From contig CM121341.1 of NCBI GenBank assembly GCA_051530055.1, positions 9,216,784 to 9,280,783 of the forward strand: a DNA stretch of 64,000 nt. Reading direction: 5' to 3'. A model generated the notes under the pieces. That model was not told the origin of the DNA. It saw only the letters and a list, made by a program, of their open reading frames with translations, and searched no databases. Origin of the DNA: Neoechinorhynchus agilis. Taxonomy: Eukaryota > Animalia > Acanthocephala. This document shows positions 12,416 to 24,019 of the stretch, piece after piece (position 1 is the first letter of the stretch; every line of letters starts with the position of its first letter). The translations under genes and the position numbers were made by a program.

Positions 12416-12557
12416 TTTTATAGCGAATTTTTGATAAATTTCGGCCTTCTTCAGTCTATCGCAAATTGTAAAAACCTACAAGCAATAGAGTGAAGAAGGC
12501 TTACGCGAAGGCCGAAAATTATCAAATCAATCAATTATTACAATATTCGCTATAAAA
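12416..12557. mobile_element. Fold-back of two inverted Penelope-type hammerhead remnants
   Basis: Minus arm CTGAAGAAGGCCGAAATT; plus arm GTGAAGAAGGCTTACGCGAAGGCCGAAAATT; terminal IR TATAGCGAAT / ATTCGCTATA. Confidence 0.7.
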
Positions 12558-12910
12558 TTGTTTGTTTATATTTGTGTTTGCACTACGACTTTTAAATTTT
12601 GCTCAGTCGCTTTTATTGTTTGTCTTATTGGCGAACAACTGAATTTTTAAAGAAGTCAACTTTTAAGTATTTTCTTCACTTGGAGTAACGAAAAAATAGA
12701 TTACAAAATTAGTTATTAGATGCTTTAAATTGTAAGGAATGTCATAGATATTCTCGAGTACTTGGAATGAGCGAATGATTCAGCATATACATCAACAAAC
12801 TTTTCGACTCAACTGTTGAACGTCGTCAAACTCACCTTAGTGACACAGATTACACTTGACACATAACAGAGAATGTATTTAAAAAAGGTTGTTTGTATCA
12901 AAGTAGGTAA

Positions 12911-14572
12911 ATGAAGCCGAAAACTTTAGCGACATCGATAATTGTGATTTCACTTGCTGCACTTACCATTATATCATTAATGGTGGTATTTGCGATGATC
13001 GCCGTTTTTGTACAGCAACTTGGAATAGTGTACGAAAGCGCCGGGATTTGCATTAAAGCCACCTCAACACATATATTTTTAATTTCCTATAAATGGGAAG
13101 GTCTACAGTACAGAGGCGATAAGATTGTTACAGGTTTAAAAGAACAAACATTCAAAACGATTCGTATTCCACTGCATGAAGTGGCCGGTCAGACTAAAAA
13201 TCTTACCTACGACATAGGACGTCAATCTTTAATTTTTCTAATATTAAAAAATTCGACGTCATACAATTAATAGTGAACAACACTTTAAATCCACAGTTGG
13301 ATTCATTTAAATATCCAGAATCCGAGAAAAGGAATGTTCCGCTTGTATTCGCCGGTAGTGATGGAATGCGGAATTTGAATCGAACAACCCCGTTAATTGC
13401 TAATGAAATTGTGACAGCGTTTTCTGAAGCATTAAAATCAACTGGTTTTGATGTTCAAAAACAGCATTTCAAGATCTTGACGCCTACGGAGGAAGGATTC
13501 TACGAGTGGGCTGCAACGAATATCATTGGAGCTACAATGGAAGTAGCGAATGGCGATATAAAGAAAATGAACGTGATGAATTTTTATAATACGACATTAA
13601 CGATGGGAGTTATTCCCGTGGATTATGGAAAAGGACTCGACATTTTACCAACATCGACGTCGTTTAAATTTTATGGTGATAATGAAACAGCATATACCAA
13701 TTCTTTTGATTGTCTTGGAGCAGAGCATTTCTACTTTCATTTCCTTAAATACTTGATCCTAAAGGCCGACATCTCTAATGAAGCAGTTGAGAATCCTTGC
13801 GCTTTAAAGGGAGATCAATATACTGTTAATGGTACTCAATTACAGTACGAATGCACTGATGGATTTCTAGTGCCAATAATGAACGTTGACGTTAATAAGG
13901 TTTACACAATCGTAGGAACCGGCAACCCGGATCAGTGTCTCTCTTTAGTACAGTCTTTAGTTCCAGTACCCACCTGCGCCGCTACTTCAGATACTCCTTT
14001 GTAGAATTACTTCAAATAGCAAAGAATTATCTGATTTTAATGGATGTGCGTTTAATAAAGCCATCTTGCCGGTTGTTGGACTTGAGCAATCTTTCAATCT
14101 ATATGGTCATTTTTACAACGTTCATAATTTCCTCACCTTTCCAATCGGTATGGAAACCTATTTAAGCCGATTTAGGACAGAGTGCTCTAAAAACGTTTCC
14201 AATACAAAGCAGTCACCTCCTACAATTGGAGAAGGCGTTGAGTTTAATAGAAGGATATGTTTGTTCTGTGCATTTACCTCAACTTTCTTTACTAACTTTA
14301 AACTTCCAATTGAGTCATACGGAACTGCACTTCTGAAGCCCATGACCGTTGTGGAAGGCGTTCTACAACCGGATTTTAGCTTTGGATACCTACTTTACAG
14401 TTTAAATCAGAAGCAACATCAATATAGATTGTATAGGACAGTGAAACTTCACAACTATTCAACAGTCTTTATTATCTTTTTCACCTTCGTTTCAATAATC
14501 TTCCTAATATCATTGATAGGATTTGTCACTGTTTCTGCAATGAAGAGACGGTCTACAAAATGGTCAATATAA
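12911..14572 (+). CDS. GDA1/CD39 (NTPDase)-like protein, paralog 2, 3 exons
   Basis: GSDGMR, EEGFYEWAATN, YTNSFDCLG, ENPC, ECTDG, GTGNPDQC, GCAFN, FSFGYLLY. Colinear with paralog 1, with breaks at the same two positions. Confidence 0.85.
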
Positions 14573-15089
14573 CTTTAAACACAAGAGAAAGAGAATTCGG
14601 AGTCAAAAGATGGTTACACTTTCGTTCAGTTTATGCTCTAAAAAGCGCTATGTTCATCCATCAATAAATAGTTTAGCTCGATATAGCGTAGGTCAAAACT
14701 CGCTAGAGGAGATACAAATTTTGAATGGTGATCAAACATTGCGAAAAAATCGTATCTTTATCCACCTCAATAAATGTCGTAATAATTTCGAAAAATATCG
14801 ACATTGTCTTCGATATAATAATCGAATTTTTTCAAACCGATCATTTAAAAAAGACTAAAACAAAAGAAAAAAGCAAACGACATTTATATGTTACTATTTA
14901 AGTCATTACCGATTCCCGATTGCAAATAATTGCTACTTTTTACTTCGCTTTCTTATATCCATATAAACACTTGGCTTAGAACCTTTATACAATTCAGTAC
15001 AATACCATTATGGATGCAAATGATCACGGAAGGTCAGTTAAAAACTGAGGTTCGTCGAGGGTGCTGTGACTAGACACTTGATTCGGTAT

Positions 15090-15998
15090 GGATGCTATAA
15101 AGAATTTCATTAAAGAGTTTCACTAATTGAGTTATGGCATCAATCTCCGTCAGGTATTTCAGCAAATTTGAATTTTCAAGACATAAGCCACGACAATTGG
15201 ATCGTTTCTCAATTTTATGGAACATGGGTTAGAGACTTAAAGATCAATGGAAAGACTTATGTTTCAGAAGATCTTACACCAAGACTCATGTTTAAACTCC
15301 CAAGTGGAAAACAAGTAGGCGTTTATGCAGTTTTAACTCAACTTTACAGACGACACCGAAGTAGTTTGATGTCTATTCCAAATATACGAAATTTCATTCG
15401 TCTTGCTCTATATCAAAGTAGTCTTTTATCTGAAAAATCACAAGAATTGATTTCATTCAATGATGTTATGGATTCTAAAGTTATCGGTTCGACCGGACCT
15501 TTTATAAATCTCACCTACGTGTCCTTGTTTGTGGAATTGGATCCTGGAGTTTATTCCCTTGCTTGTGAGGTTAATAATCTTCAGCAAGATAGAGAGTACA
15601 TGTTAACCCTAAAAACGTCCAGTCCGATTGAAATTGTAAATATTATGGAATATTGGAAACCGGGGAGTCCTTCTCTTACTTTTTTAAATTGTGGAAAACT
15701 TTCTAAAAGACATACAAACAATCTTCGGTCGGGAAGTGCACTTGCAAAGTATCGGGAGCCGGAATTGACAAATGTAACCGAAAATCAAAATGAAGTGACT
15801 GATAACAAAGAGAATGAGATCCAGACTGATTTTACATTGGGCGAAGCAGCATTTTCGGATTCGGACGAAATAGACGACTGTTCTGAAGAAAAATCCAATA
15901 ATTCTAGTTTATTTGGACGCGTTGCAAAGTTCTTTGATGCCGTGGGAGATATTGCGAGATATTGTTGCTGCATTAGGAAGCCATCAAGGGAATACTGA
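15090..15998 (+). pseudogene. 5'-truncated calpain duplicate (domain III + tail only)
   Basis: 15126-16796 is nearly identical to 18103-19773 (period 2977); the catalytic domain is absent. Confidence 0.85.
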
Positions 15999-17088
15999 AA
16001 TTTCGCATTATTTAACGAAGAAGCACTTTCGACTAATTGAAGACCAAGACTGTGGCCATTTTTTTGTGGATGTAAATTCGAAGGAGTTATTTTCCCTATA
16101 AAAATCAATTGAAACGTATCAAAAGGTTATGTTACGTTTCCTAAAATTTATCAATGATTATTGAACGTTTCCAAAGTTGCATCGTTGTTTATTGTATAGA
16201 TTTTTGAACGCTCCTTTGGATATGAACGACGTATTGAAATACGAACATAACAAAATCAAACAAACTAGGCGAAAATGATGAGCTTTTTGATGGCATCTTT
16301 TAGTGCCAAACAAAACAGAAACGATCTTGAAGGGACATTTCAGCGCCGGAATATTTCTTCACGGACAGAATTCATTGAAAAGGATACATTAAATAACACC
16401 TTTCCTGGTGATTGAGAATGTATTTGTCGAAAGAGATCAATGGAAATCGAAAGTTTCGGCGCAGTGGTCATTGAATCGAAATAAAGATTTTATTATTCAG
16501 TTTTCGAAGTTTGTACATAAACATCAACGGTGGATAAGTTAATGATCTACTTATAATCTTGGATATTGTTTCAGAATCTCAAACAGTTTCAATTCTAATG
16601 GTCACTCAATGCCAGAATAGATTTCAATTAAAAAGTTACCAAACAAGAATGTGAAGTGTTTTGAGCTTTGTAAATTTGGGGCATCTTTTAGTGGCAAACA
16701 AAACAGGAACGATATTGAATGGACATTTCAAAATTTATCAATTAATTATTGAACGTTTCCAAAGTAGCACCGTTTGTATTGTATAGAATTTTGAATGCTA
16801 CTATGGATATCGCGATGGCATTAAGGATGTGAATGATCATTGGTTTAAAATAAAAAACTGAAATTTATCGAACGTTTGAAAAGAATAACGAATGGAACAC
16901 TAAGACTTAAGATGGCCATGAGTTAGATTGCGCTTTTACTTTGCAAAATTCGCGCAAGTCTTCAAGTCATCTTCCCATATTGATCATGTAGACACGAGAA
17001 AAGATGAAAACTAAAATTTTCTATCGGTATCGTTTCCATGGATGCAACGTTCAATCGAGATTAATATGAACTTTATGGTGTCATACCA

Positions 17089-18975
17089 ATGAATAGCAAT
17101 CGTCAAATAATATTGTCACCATGTCAAGTGAACAGCGATGGTATTATACATTTCAAGAACCAAAACTATCACGAATTGGTCAAGGAATGTCTTCAGGAAA
17201 AGCACCTCTTTATAGATGAGTTTTTCCTTCCAGAAGAGACTCTTGCGGGTAAATGTTTAAAACTTAAGCGTGCTGAAAAGATTATATGGCGCCGGCCTTC
17301 AGAGATATGCGAAAATCCGGTGTTTTTGGTGGACAAATCTCCTTTTGGACTGACTCAGAGCACAAGATTATGCAATTGCTGGTTTATAACCGTTCTTGTG
17401 GCCGTAATGGGCAAACCCCAAATTCTCCGCCATACAACACCTCCATTCCAATCTTTTTCGGGATCTGCATACTGCGGAATATTCCGGTTCCGCTTCTACC
17501 AACAGAATCATGAAGTCGAGGTTGTCGTAGACGACCGATTACCATTCATTAAGAACGTTGCATTGGTAGATGAACCTTTGAGACCTCTTGGAGTTCACAA
17601 TGCACACAAAATGAGCGATTTCTGGGCAGCTTTGTTTGAAAAAGCTTACGCAAAATTGTATGGTTCTTATTGTGGAATTCATCTCGGACACGAGCATGAA
17701 GCCTTTAATGACATCGCTTCAGGAGTGACTGAACGAATCAAATTTGCCGGAACACCTGAGATGGAGAATTTCATTTGTTCTCATTTGATTAAAACTTTTC
17801 AATTAGGTGGTATGGTCACCGCCTCGACGAGTGGAGTTGGTCAAGAAATTCGACAAAATAGACTCGTGAATAGCCATTCGTATACTATCTTGGGAATTGA
17901 ATTACTAAGCTCCGAGTACATAATACTTACACGAAATCCTTGGAACATTCAATTGTATGTGTGGAACGATCGATTTGGTTGGTCTGATTCGGTTTGGCAT
18001 ACTCTTAATTCGGAGCAACGAGCAAGGCTTAAATTCGCAGATTATTGCGGAACGAGTACGGTATGGATGCCTATGAAGAATTTTATTGATCAGTTTGACG
18101 CCATTGAGTTATGGCATCAATCTCCGTCAGGTATTTCAGCAAATTTGAATTTTCAAGACATAAGCCACGACAATTGGATCGTTTCTCAATTTTATGGAAC
18201 ATGGGTTAGAGACTTAAAGATCAATGGAAAGACTTATGTTTCAGAAGATCTTACACCAAGACTCATGTTTAAACTCCCAAGTGGAAAACAAGTAGGCGTT
18301 TATGCAGTTTTAACTCAACTTTACGGACGACACCGAAGTAGTTTGATGTCTATTCCAAATATACGAAATTTCATTCGTCTTGCTCTATATCAAAGTAGTC
18401 TTTTATCTGAAAAATCACAAGAATTGATTTCATTCAATGATGTTATGGATTCTAAAGTTATCGGTTCGACCGGACCTTTTATAAATCTCACCTACGTGTC
18501 CTTGTTTGTGGAATTGGATCCTGGAGTTTATTCCCTTGCTTGTGAGGTTAATAATCTTCAGCAAGATAGAGAGTACATGTTAACCCTAAAAACGTCCAGT
18601 CCGATTGAAATTGTAAATATTATGGACTATTGGAAGCCCGGGAGTCCTTCTCTTACTTTTTTAAATTGTGGAAAACTTTCTAAAAGACATACAAACAATC
18701 TTCGGTCGGGAAGTGCACTTGCAAAGTATCGGGAGCCGGAATTGACAAATGTAACCGAAAATCAAAATGAAGTGACTGATAACAATGAGAATGAGATCCA
18801 GACTGATTTTACATTGGGCGAAGCAGCATTTTCGGATTCGGACGAAATAGACGACTGTTCTGAAGAAAAATCCAATAATTCTAGTTTATTTGGACGCGTT
18901 GCAAAGTTCTTTGATGCCGTGGGAGATATTGCGAGATATTGTTGCTGCATTAGGAAGCCATCAAGGGAATACTGA
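17089..18975 (+). CDS. Intronless calpain (CysPc + C2-like domain III, no EF hands), 628 aa
   Basis: Catalytic triad in LCNCWF, LVNSHSY, TRNPW; VVVDDRLP, FWAALFEKAYAKLYGSY; C-terminal RYCCC. Confidence 0.93.
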   Translation: MNSNRQIILSPCQVNSDGIIHFKNQNYHELVKECLQEKHLFIDEFFLPEETLAGKCLKLKRAEKIIWRRPSEICENPVFLVDKSPFGLTQSTRLCNCWFITVLVAVMGKPQILRHTTPPFQSFSGSAYCGIFRFRFYQQNHEVEVVVDDRLPFIKNVALVDEPLRPLGVHNAHKMSDFWAALFEKAYAKLYGSYCGIHLGHEHEAFNDIASGVTERIKFAGTPEMENFICSHLIKTFQLGGMVTASTSGVGQEIRQNRLVNSHSYTILGIELLSSEYIILTRNPWNIQLYVWNDRFGWSDSVWHTLNSEQRARLKFADYCGTSTVWMPMKNFIDQFDAIELWHQSPSGISANLNFQDISHDNWIVSQFYGTWVRDLKINGKTYVSEDLTPRLMFKLPSGKQVGVYAVLTQLYGRHRSSLMSIPNIRNFIRLALYQSSLLSEKSQELISFNDVMDSKVIGSTGPFINLTYVSLFVELDPGVYSLACEVNNLQQDREYMLTLKTSSPIEIVNIMDYWKPGSPSLTFLNCGKLSKRHTNNLRSGSALAKYREPELTNVTENQNEVTDNNENEIQTDFTLGEAAFSDSDEIDDCSEEKSNNSSLFGRVAKFFDAVGDIARYCCCIRKPSREY

Positions 18976-19859
18976 AATTTCGCATTATTTAACGAAGAAG
19001 CACTTTCGACTAATTGAAGACCAAGACTGTGGCCATTTTTTTGTGGATGTAAATTCGAAGGAGTTATTTTCCCTATAAAAATCAATTGAAACGTATCAAA
19101 AGGTTATGTTACGTTTCCTAAAATTTATCAATGATTATTGAACGTTTCCAAAGTTGCATCGTTGTTTATTGTATAGATTTTTGAACGCTCCTTTGGATAT
19201 GAACGACGTATTGAAATACGAACATAACAAAATCAAACAAACTAGGCGAAAATGATGAGCTTTTTGATGGCATCTTTTAGTGCCAAACAAAACAGAAACG
19301 ATCTTGAAGGGACATTTCAGCGCCGGAATATTTCTTCACGGACAGAATTCATTGAAAAGGATACATTAAATAACACCTTTCCTGGTGATTGAGAATGTAT
19401 TTGTCGAAAGAGATCAATGGAAATCGAAAGTTTCGGCGCAGTGGTCATTGAATCGAAATAAAGATTTTATTATTCAGTTTTCGAAGTTTGTACATAAACA
19501 TCAACGGTGGATAAGTTAATGATCTACTTATAATCTTGGATATTGTTTCAGAATCTCAAACAGTTTCAATTCTAATGGTCACTCAATGCCAGAATAGATT
19601 TCAATTAAAAAGTTACCAAACAAGAATGTGAAGTGTTTTGAGCTTTGTAAATTTGGGGCATCTTTTAGTGGCAAACAAAACAGGAACGATATTGAATGGA
19701 CATTTCAAAATTTATCAATTAATTATTGAACGTTTCCAAAGTAGCACCGTTTGTATTGTATAGAATTTTGAACGCTCCTTTGGATGTGAACGACGTATTG
19801 AAATACGAACTCAACAAAATCAAACAAACTAGGCGAAAATGATGAGCTTTTTGATGGCA

Positions 19860-20345
19860 TGATGTCTATTCCAAATATACGAAATTTCATTCTGCTTGCT
19901 TTATATCGAAATTATCTACCATTAGAAAAAATCCCTTAAATTGACGCTAGTAAATATTATTTTGGATTTTAAAATTATAGGTTCGACCGGACCTTTTACA
20001 AATCTGCTTGAATGTGAATTTTGTGATATTCGATGTAGAGTATATGTTAACTCTGAGAACACTTAGTTCGATTAAAATTGTAAATATTTTGGACTATTGA
20101 AAACTTGCAAGGACTCACTAGAACTTTTCAGCCTGTATTGAAAATTGTACGGGAAATCTACCAGAAGTGACTGAGAACAATGATAATGATATCCAGATTG
20201 GTTTTACAACGTGTGAAGCTTCATTTTTTGTTTTAGACGAAAGAGAGGATAATTCTGAAAAATCCAGATCATTTGGATACGCTGGAAAGGTTATTGGTAC
20301 CAAGAGGAATATTGTACGATGCTGTTGTTGTTTTCAATAGCCTTC
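19860..20345 (+). pseudogene. Degenerate third calpain C-terminal copy
   Basis: GATGTCTATTCCAAATATACGAAATTTCATT..., GGTTCGACCGGACCTTTTA, ...RCCCC, with deletions and frameshifts. Confidence 0.75.
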
Positions 20346-20355
20346 AAAGGAATTC

Positions 20356-21990
20356 TGATTTTTCGCAGACTGCAGCGAGGAACATTGATATACGATGAAG
20401 CCGCTGGTTGCAAATATGGCACCCTCGATCTGTATAAAAGCAAAATATTTCGCTAAGTTCGCTCAATCGTTCACTGGGTATTATACGCTGGAAAAATCGG
20501 ACAAATTCCTGGTTATATCAGTATTCTGCGAAATCTGTGTAAACAGAATCAATCCCATCAGCGCCAAATCTTTGGTATCGGGCTAAGGAAAGCGTGATGC
20601 ATCTTTTCTTAGAAAGTGAACTTGTCTTACAATGTACTGCTTTTATGATCGAGGCTTTAAAGAAAAATTAAGCACAGGAAGGACATCTTAAAACGCGTTT
20701 AATGAAATCAAATTGGTGTATTCCACCCAATCCTTGCTAGGGGAATTTTCTCTCGCTATAATCGGACTCATGATGTTCCTTTATACGAAAATGCCGGCCT
20801 TGAACAAGGAGCACTCGAACATCAGCCATTTACGATGTTAAACTAACCGTAGTTCATTCGATTATTCCAAAACCTTTACCCATACAGCCGAAGATATTGT
20901 TCATTGTCTCAGTAAAACGCTTCAACCCAAGACAAAACCGTTCTGGTGGCCGACCTACTACGTCCACGAACGGATTCCAAAATTACATTTCTATTTACGT
21001 TCAAAAAATCAATCCTAAACGGCTAGCCTGATGAGGACTATGGCGAAGATGTGATAAAACAAGCTATACGGAGTGTAGCAGTAAATGTTTTTAGTGTTGA
21101 AGAACTTGTTAATGATGTCGAAATAACAAATCGAATAAGATTTTCAATGCTTTCGCTCGAGTCTTAAGTTCACAACGGAATTGAACATTAACCCCGAGAG
21201 GTTCTTCGAGGAAAATCAGTATTTAGACATTTTATTTGTGGGGAAGTATTGCCAAAAAAGGGAAAATAATTTGGCTTGTATTGCTTATGAAAGATGGAAA
21301 TGTAACGATGAACTTGTTGGTGTTTGTGAGGGGAATTCACTTTTTAAAGTGTAAGCTCGATATCTGGTTTGAAAAAAAAAGATCTTGATTTGTGGACGTG
21401 AGTTCTCGCAAATGCAAACGAGCAGCGGAAACAACTTATTGTTCAAAAGATTCAGATGCGATCTCTATTACCGTTCGGGACTTTGTGACTGCTGAATACC
21501 GCAACTTAGTTTTTTTATTAATCCTGGCAGTGAATAGAGCGGATAGATCGCTTGTGATGGATTACTTTAACAAATTGGACAATTACGATGCTCCAGATAT
21601 CGAAAATATCGTCATTACGCGCTGTTCAAACGGAGAATATTCGGGACCTTGATAGCGTTTATGAATTCGCTGAGAAATGTAACGAGCAACTCCAAGAAAA
21701 TCAAATCCAGAAAGCGATCTATTCCTACATATAAACCGAAGATCCAATCAATTATATTGATGTAGTAAATGCAGTAAGTGAATCAGGAGCATTCAATGGC
21801 CTTGTTCGGCCCCTAAGAATGGGCCAACATGCGTTCGCTCGTACTAAAATCAATCGTTTACAGGATTTGAACGAGTTCATCGCTGCTCCGAACAACTCTC
21901 AAATCGCCGAAGAAAAACTTAATGAAACAGCGAAGCTTTTATTTAACTTCATGTCGAATTACGGCAAACTCACTGTGATTTTATAGCAAC
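20356..21990 (+). pseudogene. CLTC: Clathrin heavy chain pseudogene fragment (middle region)
   Basis: DCSEE, YENAGLEQGALEH, EDVIK..FSVEELVNDVE.TNR, NPERFFEENQY..VGKYCQKRE..LACIAYER, NSLFKV*ARYLV*KKD..LW, RADRSLVMDY..KLDNYDAPDI, DLDSVYEFAEKCNE, NRLQDLNEFI..PNN, AKLLFN..SNYGKL. Many stops and deletions. Confidence 0.9.
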
Positions 21991-24019
21991 GTAACTAAAT
22001 AATATGCAGTTTGTTCAACAAAAACATGAGTACTCGGATTTAAAAATGTTTGCATTATGTATCCTTTAGATAAAAGTGGATATATTTTAAACCGGCACTT
22101 GTCAGACATATTTAAAGCATATTACGCCATACTTTCTAAAAACTATTCAAAAAATACGGTAATTTCTAAAACAACTGATCAATTCAATCGATTAAAAGAA
22201 CACATCCATTAGTTTCTAATACACAAATCAAATAATTGTACCAATTATCATTTGAACAAACATTTTCGTTATTTGTCGATAAATTATTTTGGGTGGTTTG
22301 TCGTTTTATCTGCCAAGCTCAACATCTAATAAAAATCAAATGCACGTATTAATAGCACTAATATAAGTGATCCCAAAAAATCCACTAAAAGGTCTAAAGA
22401 AATTATGTAGCGTGCCCTGTGCTTATCAATGAGTATTGGGACAATTCTATGGATATAAATGGCGCATCGAAATACGAATTTTCCAAAACCAAGTCCATTC
22501 AAAGAGCTTTCTGATGGCTCCTTTGAGGGACAAGCGAAACACAGAATTTATCAAATCAAGTACATTGAAACGCACTTGTCCTGATGATGAAAAAGATATT
22601 TGTCAAAAGCGATCAAATGTAGACAGTTTGAAATCCAAAATGTTTCGGCGAAGATTTTGTTATTCAGTTCCGTAGAATGCACGTTTACAGAAAAAACGTT
22701 GCCAGAATCCAGGAGAGTTTTATACTTTAAAGCCATTACTTGCTGTTGCGAAGATGTTCAATCCCAATGGTCACTCCATGCTTGAACAGATTTCAATCAA
22801 CAAAATACTAAGTTAGAATCCGAAGTGCTTATAGCTTCCCAAATTTAATTTAGATTAAATAGTTGACCTTATCATAAGGTTTTCGATTCTTTAAAAATAG
22901 AGAGACTAAAATTGGTCATTGTGGGGCTTTAAACAAAACCAGATTACACAAAAGTACGGTGTCGAATTCTCGTCTCCGTAAATCTCAATAATTACTCCGA
23001 GTTAATATATCGCCGTTTAGAAGCTCTTAATGTACTTAATTTTTCGTTTACAATGACTTTTACCTCAAATCTTTAAACATTTTGAAATGAAATAAGGGTT
23101 TATAATTACAAGAACAAAGAACTGGGAGTGTCGCATGTCTCTAACTTTTCGATTGTCCTTATTTTAGCAATTAAAGCGGTTGAAAACAAGTGTTTATTTT
23201 TGACCAACATTTCGGAGATTTATTGTTTCTTCAAAGTCCTGAAACAAGTGCGGAAGTGCACTCGTCCTGCTGAGGAAAGGTTTTGCGTTACGACGAGGAA
23301 TTTCTTTGCATAAAAAACAAATATACAGCCATTTTATGTTCTGCTTAGTAAAATGGTACAAAAAACATTTATTTTTTTAATTCTCAGTTGGTTTAACGAA
23401 ACAAACAAGAACATCAAAAGATATCAATCTCCATTCTCGATTTATATAATTCTAATAATGACATGTCGTGGATTCGGGCCATACTTTTTGCTACTTATCG
23501 ACCTACTCTACTTTTGCTTTATCTTTGATCCACGTCAATCCGACAAAAATTATGATTGCACACCAAATTCCGATCGTAACCAAACAAAACTCACATAATA
23601 ATGCCGCATTTATATACAGAACTTCATTGGAAACGAGTCTGTTCAGATAACAAATATGCTGCATTTTGCGGCTTTTATTGTTCAGATGGTAAGCGAATTC
23701 AAAAATTAACAAATTAGCTTTATTCGCATTTAGGTCAACCCTTCCTCGGTTTTTTGTTTCCTTCTTGACCTACAGTCAAACCGATTTCGTGCATCAGAGA
23801 AGTGATTGAATCACTTAGACTCGATGTAGCTTCATGCCAAAGAAACAAAAAAGCCTAGGAAGTGATGACTTAAATACGAATCAATAAACCCGGCTTGCCA
23901 GCAAAAACATTTAAGAAATAACTTTATTTTTGGTCTAAATAAGAAATATTTTGAGGACACGATTATGTAAAGCAAAATTTAAAACCCTCTTTACGAAGCG
24001 CGGTATAAAATCCAACTAA

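Noticed and set aside
21025-21050. CTGATGAG...GAAG hammerhead-like string
   Set aside because: Lies within clathrin-derived codons (DEDYGED) with no stems.
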